A DNA stretch of 62,958 bases, counting the filler, from Octopus bimaculoides (taxonomy: Eukaryota): assembly GCF_001194135.2 (NCBI RefSeq). It is 9 parts of 9 records of this genome, joined end to end, with 100 filler letters (N's around TTAATTAATTAA, not from the genome) between each part and the next. Parts side by side here need not be neighbours in the genome. Positions count along the whole stretch, not along the records: positions 13,259 to 20,946 come from NC_068992.1; positions 21,047 to 29,768 come from NC_068983.1; 7 more parts are not named here. The stretch is one strand, 5' to 3'. Positions within the stretch are counted from its first letter, which is position 1. The number at the start of each line of letters is the position of its first letter. A program made the translations under genes and the position numbers. Below are positions 13,530-23,156 of this stretch, piece after piece. The notes under the pieces are model-generated. The model did no database searches. It had not been told where the DNA came from and saw only the letters and a program-made list of their open reading frames with translations.

Positions 13530-15590
13530 AAGTCCTGCGGCGATGGGAAGGTGGTGAAGCATGCAGACCTGACGGATTAGAAGATGTTCAGGCTGCTGCT
13601 GATGCAAATGACAGCCACAAGCTTCACCATCTTATGAAGCAAGTTTTGGGCCTAAGAGCTCTGCATCAGCTCCTTTGTTTTCTAAGGAGACTTCAACTCT
13701 ATTTACTAAATCAAGAGAAATCACAGGTCGCTGGATTGAACACTTCTCTGAACTCCTAAACCATGAGTCAGTAGTGGATGAAACAGTAATTGATACTATG
13801 CAACAAAGACCTATCATTGGCTCCTTAAATTCCACGCCCTCAATAGATGAGGTGTTGACAGCAATAAGTAAATTGAATCTTGGTAGGGCACCTGGAAAGA
13901 ATGGAATTTGTGCTGAGGTCTTGCGATTTGGTGGTGATTACATCATAAGTCTCTTCATGAACTTATTAGTGCAGTCTGGAGGGATGGTGTAATGCCTAAG
14001 AACTGGAAGGATGCAATTATTCTTCCTCTCTATAAAAGAAAAAAAGCCAGAACAATGTGTGGTAACTACAGAGGCATTGCTCTACTATCAGCTGCTGGCA
14101 AGGTTCTGGCAACTATTCTTCTTACCCGTCTGAATGGGTGTCTCGTAAATGATGTCCTATCTGAATCTCAATGTGGCTTCCGATCTGGTAGAGGGACAAT
14201 GGATATGATCTTCACAGCAAGACAGATGCAGGAGGAGTGCTATGAGTAGAATATGGATCTTGTCCAGGTATTCGTTGATTTAACGAAGGCTTTTGATACT
14301 GTGAATAGGGCCTTGCTATGGAAAATACTTGGCAAACTTGGATGCCTGGATCACTTTGTATCTATGATTAAATCATTTCATGATGGGATGGAGGCTTGGG
14401 TCAATGCTGTGGTGTCACTGTGAGACCCATTCCTGTAGAGAATGGTGTCAAGCATCCTTGACCCAACTCTCTTTTCTTTGTACTTTACTGCTGCTTTTAC
14501 TCATGCTTTGCTAAGGTTAGCTCTCTGGGAATATATGTCAGATATCGATCTTCTGGCTGCTTCTTTAATCTGCGCCGATTTGCTGCCAATTCAAAAGTTT
14601 TCCAGTCTCTTATTCGTGACTTCCTTTATGCAGATGACTGTGACTTAGTCACTCATACAGTGCAAATTCTTATGAATCGTATTTCTGCTTCTTGCAAGGC
14701 ATTTAGACTCAGCATTAGCCTGGACAAGACTGTTGTAATGTTCCAGCCTGCATCGGCAAATCCATATGTGGAACCAGCTATCTTGGTTGAAGGAACAATT
14801 CTGAAAGTGGTAGACAAGTTTGTCTACCTGGGCAGCACACTCAGCCGTTCTTGCTCCCTGGATGATGAAATATCTTTCAGGCTGCAGAGATCAACTGATT
14901 CCTTCCGGTCTCTTCAGTCTCGTGTCTGGTCCCAGCATGGCATCACAGATCAAACAAAAACTGCTGTGTACTGTGCATGTGTACTGACATCGCTCTTTTA
15001 CTCATGTGAGACACGGACCCATTACAAACGTCATGTCAGGATCCTTGAACGCTTTCATCAGAGATATCTCAGACACATTATGAATGTTGGCCGGACCTTA
15101 AAAACTCCAGACACACAGGTCCTGAGGACAGCTGATATCTTGAGTATTGAGGCGATGGTGCACACGCACCGGTTACATTGAACTGGACACCTTATTAGAA
15201 TGAAGGATAACAGGATCCCTAAGCTGATGCTATATGGGGAACTTGTAAATGGAAAGAAACATCGGCAGAAACCAAGGCTGCAATTTAAGGACTGTATCAA
15301 GTCCTCATTAAAGGCCTGTGATATGCAGGAGAGTGACTGGGAGAGCAATACCTGTCATCGCTACAGATGGAGGAAGCAGGTTAAGGAAGGGGTCGACACT
15401 TTTGAGAGAGCACGTATGAAGAATTTAAGCATGAAGAACTTAAGGGTGCTGCTCGAAAGCATGCTGTTCGAAAGCGCACTACTGGTGTAGTGAATGAGGA
15501 AATTCTTGTTTGCAATGTTTGCAGTCGTATATGCTTGTCAAGAGCAAGGCTCATTAGCCATGAACGGAGCCGCAAATGCAAAATATAAGT
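13530..15590 (+). mobile_element. 5'-truncated, degenerate RTE-clade LINE (RT plus C-terminal C2H2-like motif)
   Basis: WKDAIILPLYK..CGNYRGIALLSAAGKVL, SQCGFRSGRGTMDMIF, FVDLTKAFDTV, VDKFVYLGS and CNVCSRICLS...LISH. Stops and frameshifts are present. Confidence 0.92.
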
Positions 15591-15599
15591 TAGTCCTAG

Positions 15600-15742
15600 A
15601 GCGCTGAATATCCCCGAGAACTACGTTAAGAGTACACGTGTGTGTGGAGTGATCAGCCATTTTCACGTTAATTTCACGTGCAGGCTGTTCCGTTGATCGG
15701 ATCAACTGGAACCCTCGTCGTAAGCGATGGAGTGCCAACAAC
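15600..15742 (+). mobile_element. Segment homologous to the 3' half of SINE family B, directly after the RTE ORF
   Basis: CGCTGAAT.TCCCCGAGAACTACG...GGAGTGCCAACAAC matches 12581-12723. Confidence 0.85.
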
Positions 15743-16462
15743 ATGTACGTTTGAAAGCCAGTATTTATGCGTGTCGTATCTGGGTAAAACTTTATGAGGA
15801 AATCCTTTACTGAACAAAAATACTGACAAATAGATCATCAATGATTTTAATCGTCTGATGATATACAATATATACAATTAAATGGATTAAATGGATTGAC
15901 TATGAACAGATTGGATAATCTATTCATTGTCACACACACACACACACACACACTCAGAGTCACGTGATTACGCGCACGCACAGTAGTCATAAATATTACC
16001 ATGTGTAGGAGAACATTAATTAGTAAAATTAAAGAGTTACAACTAATGACTCCTTTCCGGTACCTACTCCACCGATGTTGAAATCAATAATATTAATCCA
16101 ATGTGTACATTTATTCAGAACCGATTTTTATCAACAGGGAGTCAAATTCAAAGTAATAGCGTTGAGGAGAGGAAAGAAGTTGTTTCAAAAAGAATGACGC
16201 TAAACAAACGCGATATTGCCAACTGTCTGACATTTTCATGAAGGATGGATATTAAAATGAACATAATAGATAAGAATCCCGCTTTTTGAAGATATATAAA
16301 ATCAGTAAGCTTTTTGGTTTTCATTTCTCGTGTGCTTATTTGCATAATTCGGTATATATACAATTATATATTTCTTCATGTTATATTTTTCTGTATTCCT
16401 CTGTCTCGCTCATCCAATCAAATATTGTTGACGATTTAAATTTCATTAATTATGGTGGAATT

Positions 16463-19400
16463 ATGAAGCTACAGACATTGCTAAGCACATATGTTTTAAC
16501 CGTCCTTCTACAACATTCAGACGAGGAACAGCGAAGTTCAAATCCCCATCGGTATCTAACTCTGCAACTTGTGGCAGATATACATAATTACAACAACTGG
16601 AAATTTGGTCGTTTCTACTCAGTTGAAACCATGATTGATTTATCCACAAACAAAGTTTTTTTTTTCGAAGATCCAGTAACTCTGCGCGTTTACTTCAACG
16701 ATTTAGTTATTGGTTATCCCATCCAATTTTTGCAATTTGTCAACAATCAACCGTACGAAATGATTTATAACCATACCTGTGATAATAGTAATAAAAAGGC
16801 CGAAGCTTTCTGCCAACATTCATATATAGGTGGCAAATCGTACAAAACAAAAGGATACTGTTGTCCTGAAAGTCTGCAGATGCATTGCATTCTATATGAT
16901 CCTTTATGGTATTCTGTTAATACTCTCGGCAACCCTATAATTATTCAAAGTCTTATAGTAGAGGTTTTTAAAAAAGAAAGGCACGCTGAGAAAAAGGAGC
17001 AAAGTGTCGCAAAAAGCAATCGTTTTCTTGTCAACGGCAAAACTATCGAGAAGAGAGACGACAACCTTTATTTCACGGCCCGCGTTCTTCACCAGACCAA
17101 CTCTAGTTGTAGACAGATAATTTGTTCAAATTTAAATTATTTATTGATACCCGTTGCAAACTCGGCACTAAATAGAAGTCCACAGGCAAAACAGAACATA
17201 AAAGGTGTTAATGAGTACTTGCTTATTAAGAAAAAATATTTTGATTTAAAAGGAATATCTTGTGGAGCAACAGGAATTACTGCCGGTGCCGTTTTGAAAA
17301 AGATCGACCGTTGTACAAAATCCTTTGTCAAAACTTGTTTCAAGAATCAACCATTGAGTTTCTGGCTTGAAGATAATTTGAAAAAATTGAACAATGATGT
17401 GGAGTCAGACAGATCAAAATATTTCCTATCGCATTTTGCCAAGCTAATGGCTCCTTATACTGGAAGAATTCCCGGTTGGGTATCAAATAAATCGTTGTTA
17501 TTTGTAGAGAATAAAAGGCATTCAATTCGTGCACAGCTAGATATTATAATAAATCTTAACAAAGACGTTCTTCCTTCTGCAATTCCATTATTAAGTGAAG
17601 GATCCATTGGAACCTTGTACAGCCACCCATTGACAGATAAAGGCAGCCGATATGAGATTGGTATAAATGTAATTAACATAGGACTGATTACAGGAAACTT
17701 TAAAGTATTATTAAGCTGTGAACCTGATAGACAGTTCAAGACTTATACATTGACCCCATTTCAAGGAGAAACTGTGATATTTTTTCACAAAATTGGTATT
17801 GCTGAACGAAGCAGTGGGAACACTGTTCCTGGAAAAACTGCCAAATTACTGTTTCCAGTGCAGTGTGAAATAGAATTATGGAATGAAAATCAGAAAACAG
17901 TTAAGTCAAAATACCTTATTATACGAAAAAACAAGCTCTGTATATGTTTAGTTGGTTGTAAATGTAGTTGTGATCCACCATACAAATGTGAAGTGAAAAA
18001 AGCTAAAATGATTCATTCTCCGGTCACGGCTATTTTCCGAGACGAAACATTAATTGCTTTAGGTATAGTTTTACTTTTTCTTATGATACTTAACATGTTA
18101 AAACTCATTTTTGGATTTTGTTTTCCGATATCCATTGGCGAAGCAGGGCTATGTGTTTTTATAAAAAGCAACTATCAGTGTAAATATTTCGATAAAGATC
18201 TTCAATATAAAACTGTAAAATATAACAAAGACGGTTACCCTGTGCACCCCAAAACTAGGCAAAGAGTGCGTGCTCTGTCACAAAAGCAAATGGGGGTTAT
18301 GAATTTCTTTTTTTTCTTTTATTTGCCATTTATTGGCATTCATTGGCTTTTAGTACGAAAATGTATAAATAAAAAGAAATCAGATATAATGTGGAATAAA
18401 TTAGAAACGTCTATCCAACTGATTCACGATGGTGACGAAGAGCGTAGTTTGCACGAATCTTTACGAAAAACAACATGTCATTATTCATCATCAGATCACT
18501 CCGAATTGCCAGATCATATCGAAGAAAAACGGAGTGCTATACTAAATGAATATGGGAAAAGGGTATGCAGAACAAAACGTTGGGAAGATTCGATATGCAA
18601 ACCGTTGAAAAAGTCACAGAGACAATCTTCAGAAGAATGTCGACAAAAGACTAAATTTAAAAGCATGCTTGCTAATATCATGAAAACTGACAAGGATTCT
18701 ACGTCATCAGAAAGTCTAGAAAGTCAGAAAGGTAAGAGGGATAGATTATCAACATTTCCATTGACTAAATCGTCAAAACGACAGACGTATAGTACTTCTA
18801 TAGGACACGAGACTAGTTCATCATCGTTTGAGCCTCCATGTCAACCATCCAAAAGAAGTGTCACAAGTGATGCTATGAAAAGTACACTTCAGTTTCCACT
18901 ACCAGAATTAATTCTTGATGTTCCTCTAGAGAAGCCACCAGGTGAAACTGACAAAGAAAGGATTGAGCGTGGTAATGTAAGCGCAACAACTCTCTCTGAA
19001 ATTGAAGTAAGTGAAAATGTGAGTGATGCTTCCTGTAGAGAAGTTGGAAAAAAGCCGTCTAAGACCAGCATCTTTAAAAAGAAGTCAAAATCAGCAAAAC
19101 GGACCACATCACGTGTTTCCTGGACAGAGGCAGATCGTGAAGAACAAGTGTGCAGCAGCAAAGAAGATGGTCGGCGTTTTGGATTCAAAGGGAAATCACG
19201 GAGTAAAGAATCCAGGGATATAGGAGAAGTGCCATTTGGATCGTTAGGTGAACAGAGAGGTAGAGCATCACCAGCTAAGTTAGGTAGCCTTTCTGATGTT
19301 GAACATCGGAGAGAAGTTTCAGCTCAAGAAGTTGAGTGCATGCCTCTAGTAAAATCTATGAGTGCGTTTCCCGTACAGGAGAGAGAGCATGTTTCATTAA

Positions 19401-20946
19401 GACAACCATCGACTGCAATGCCATTAACTACGGAAAGGACGTATACTTCAAGCAGAATGCATCCAAGTGAAATCACAAGAAGTGACATACTACAAAGGTC
19501 AGTCATTTCACCGGATCAGAAAGAACAGAAAAGAGTCTCAGATGCTATATTATACCCCCCAACAACTCCCACATACACCAAAGAACCATCGGACGTTGCA
19601 TTTGATCAGCAGTTCGTTCGACGATCTACCGATGGCTTTCAGCATTTCTCCAAAGAACAACAACGAAGTCCGACATCTATGGTTATTTCTTTAGAACAAC
19701 CGCCAATTGAACCAATTATCGAGCAGAAGCAAGCATCTTCGTTAGAACAAGAGCCGAGTCAATTGTCTAGAAAGGAAATGCAGCATGTCTCCTTAGAACA
19801 GTTGCGAAGTAGACAGCGTAGTGAAGATATGCAAGTTGTCTCCTTAGAAGAAGAGATGAGTCCACTATCTACAGAAGAGATGCAAGAGATCTTCATGGGG
19901 CAGCCGAGTGGAGTTTCTGAGGAAGCGATACGGCGCGTTACTGGAGTCCAACAGTCGACTTCAAAAATTTCCACGGCTTCAGCACCTTGTTTCGAGATTG
20001 AAAAATTGCCACTACGTCAACAACATGAAGTGCTACCCACACAAGAACGAATGTACAAATCGATGGTAGAGCCAGTGACTCAAATTCCTGTAAAAGACAC
20101 TCTGTACAAATTGCACTCAGATGGGAAATTAGCTCGAAAAGACAAAGTAGCCTCTTCAGGAGTAGCGCAACAGAGAAAATCATCGAAAAAGGGACAATAT
20201 CGAGTATCCTTTTTTGATACACCTATATTAGCACCGAAAAAACAAGATATTACTTTTGTACCACCAGATGATATAACAAAACCGACTTCATCAATGTACG
20301 ATGAAAAACCAATAAGGATGAGAAAGAGATCTTCTTCAGTTGATCATCGAAGTCAGATATCCAGAAAAGACACAGTGGAGAGTTCTTTTGAACAACGGCC
20401 TAGTGAAACTTACAGAGAGGATGTCAAAGAAATTCTACCTACATATGATTCAAGAGGTGTATTTGAAGAACTGCATATTCCATCACCTGAAAAGCAGGCT
20501 TCAATGCTGTATGATACAGTGAGAGAGACGCCGCATGATATATCGGAAATGTATAGCCTGTTAACAGACCAAGTAAGTCAACCATCTGTTGAAAGAGAGA
20601 GTACTATCAGATCGATATCAGATGAGCGAAGTCAGATATCTGAAACAATGGGTATTCCGAGTTCAATAACGGATCGTCGAAGTGAAATATCTGAAAGAGA
20701 AAGTATTCCTAGTACAATGATGGATCAACGAAGTCGATTATCCGAAAGAGAGAGTACTATCAGATCGATATCAGATGGGCGAAGTCAGATATCTGAAACA
20801 ATGGGTACTCCGAGTTCAATAACGGACCGTCGAAGTGAAATATCTGAAAGAGAGAGTATTCCTAGTACAATGATGGATCAACGAAGTCGATTATCCGAAA
20901 GAGAGAGTACTATCAGATCGATATCAGATGCGCGAAGTCAGATATC
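16463..20946 (+). CDS. HAP2: Divergent HAP2/GCS1 (fusexin)-like membrane protein with a very long repetitive C-terminal tail; 3'-incomplete at an assembly gap
   Basis: The open frame runs from 16286 into the gap; M at 16463 begins a signal-peptide-like MKLQTLLSTYVLTVLL. HAP2-like motifs appear in the correct order: DPVTLRVY...GYPIQFLQFVNNQPYE (16670-16759), C..FCQ...GYCC (to 16864), HCILYDPLWYSVNTLG (16883), YLLIP, YLLIKKKYFDLKGISCGATG..C...TCFKNQ (to 17350), an Ig-like domain III region, CICLVGCKCSC...C (17939-17989), and hydrophobic segments at ~18050-18128 and ~18293-18355. The track's stop at 20998 lies in an artificial gap linker. Confidence 0.88.
19673..19927 (+). repeat. Coding tandem repeat, 5 diverged 51-bp (17-aa) units
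   Basis: TSMVISLEQPPIEPIIE / QKQASSLEQEPSQLSRK / EMQHVSLEQLRSRQRSE / DMQVVSLEEEMSPLSTE / EMQEIFMGQPSGVSEEA. Confidence 0.85.
20591..20946 (+). repeat. Coding 153-bp higher-order repeat (3 x 51 bp), at least 2.3 copies, running into the gap
   Basis: Units start at 20591, 20744 and 20897. Units 1 and 2 differ at 4 of 153 nt. Confidence 0.95.
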
Positions 20947-21545
20947 NNNNNNNNNNNNNNNNNNNNNNNNNNNNNNNNNNNNNNNNNNNNTTAATTAATT
21001 AANNNNNNNNNNNNNNNNNNNNNNNNNNNNNNNNNNNNNNNNNNNNATGCATGTATGTATGTATGCATGTGTGTACGTATGTATGCATGTATATATGTAT
21101 GTATGGATGGATGTATGCATGTGTGTACGTATGTATGTATGTATGCATGCATGCATGTATATATGTATGTATGTATGCATGCATGCATGCATGTATGTAT
21201 GTATGTATGTATGTATGTATGTATGTATGTATGTATATATATATGTATTATGTGCGTACGTATGTTTGTATACATATGTATACACGTATGTATGCATGCA
21301 TGCATGCATGTATATATGTATGTGTAATAATGCCAAATAATATTTTGAAAGAATCTATGACGTACATTTCTCATTTGCCTTATACATAATAGGAAATACA
21401 TCTCATGACGCAAGACCTTTCTCAGTGAACACATGAAAATATCTTGATACCTGCACAAACTAATTTCTGCAGACTCCACTTACGCATATACTCCAAGAAA
21501 ACTGAGATACCACGTATCGTGTCCACGCTGAACACGAAACATGCA

Positions 21546-21644
<99 letters not shown>

Positions 21645-21949
21645 GTGTGTGTGTGTGTACTGAACTCCTGTAAAATACAGTGATACTTTTTATTAACGTG
21701 ATTTCAACTTAATCCGCCACAGTTCCGTAGGTTCTAATCAGCATAACCTCCCCTTCACAATTAACAAACTATATTAACGACAGACGATAATACCCCACCA
21801 TCTATTATCTCTCCTCGACTTCCTAGAACCAACAGAGCACTGAAGCTCACCACCCGACTTCCACTAACAGCTGTGAGACAAGAACCAACATCAAGTAAAT
21901 CCAATATCATTTTTATTTTGTCTTATTCTCACTTGACCGCCTGAACAAC

Positions 21950-22700
21950 GGCGCACACATCGGTAACAAGTCCTGTCATGAGACGATTTTCAGGGAAGGT
22001 TAATATTTGCCAGGATCTCCTCCTCTAAATTCTTTAACTAGGCTTTGATAGATATACCTCGCCGCCAATGACTCCTTTCTGATTTTCACTCGAGAGAGGT
22101 TCTCACTAGCCTTTGCATGGATATGCGTAGCAAATCACTTAGCATCTTCCACTACTTCACAATAATGTATCCGGACGATTACTAAGTGCATGACTTCATT
22201 TTTGTTGTGGTCACACCAAGAAATTTATAGTATTGCCCTAAAACAACGTCTATCGAAACCGTTTGCTATTGTATAGAATCTACTGATGTTACTCCAGACC
22301 TTAGAAACATAAGTCGCCGGTCATGACGATGGATGCATACAGGCAGAATTTGGTGCTTTGGTTGATAGCAGAGTTGAACCATACACACTTCAGGTACTGT
22401 TTTTTCGAGTTTCTTTTCCACATCACTTTTCAAGTTTCCGTCTTTAGCGATGGTACTACCCAATCACGTGGACGAGTCAACGCTCTCCAGAGTCTGGCAT
22501 TCCGACTAGAAGTGTTGTTGTTTTGCCTCTTACATTTTACTATTTTCGTTGATAATCTCATAAACAACCTTTTAGCTTCTATTATTGAAAGTGATGGCCA
22601 TGTCTTGTACAGGCGAAAATGGGGTACTAAAGAGTAACAGATCGTCTGTGAAGTCGAAGTCTGTCAGTTTCAATGTCGTATGTTGGATTTCCCATGGACT
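21950..22700 (-). mobile_element. Degenerate LINE RT fragment (RTE-like)
   Basis: Minus strand gives DFDFTDDLLL (decayed YADD), GSTIAKDGNLKSDVE and FDRRCFRAIL*ISWCDH. Confidence 0.7.
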
Positions 22701-22924
22701 GCTGCATCATGAATTCCACTACATGCCGGAACAAAATATGGACACTATACATTCCTAACATACCCTTGTTTTCCTTTAGTGACTAGGTTCAGATACCAAG
22801 AAACGTTAATGATGAAGAAAGAGGTAAAGAAGACGTGCATTTCTTCATATGGCTTGCAACCTATGTCGGGTAAATTTGCTTTAAATAGAAATCGAGTCAG
22901 AGTCGTAGCTAGGAAGTTATTTAC

Positions 22925-23156
22925 CTTCTATACCGACCCATAACGGCCAGTTTCCCCAGTTTCATGGCGTATAAATTCCCCTCCTGGACGTGACGCCGGT
23001 CCGTCGTAGGATTACTCATTGTTGCCAGCTGAGTGGACTGGAGCAACGTGAAACTAAATGCTTTTCTCAAGTACACAACGCGTTCACCGGTCCAGGAATC
23101 GAAACCACAATCTTACGTTCATGAGTTCAAAACCCCGACCACTAGACCACGCGCCT
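22925..23156 (-). mobile_element. SINE with a family-D-type head
   Basis: Minus strand reads GGCGCGTGGTCTAGTGGT...GGTTTCGATTCC...TTTCACGTTGCTCCAGTCCACTCAGC. Confidence 0.8.

Noticed and set aside
16463-18130. Endogenous viral class II glycoprotein or Fsx1-type mobile-element origin for the fusogen
   Set aside because: The motifs match eukaryotic HAP2 specifically, and no LTRs, TIRs, pol, integrase or capsid genes flank the ORF.
20991-21002. TTAATTAATTAA between N blocks (about 9 occurrences), including the apparent HAP2 stop at 20998
   Set aside because: This is an artificial all-frame-stop scaffolding linker, not a biological repeat or a CRISPR-like array.
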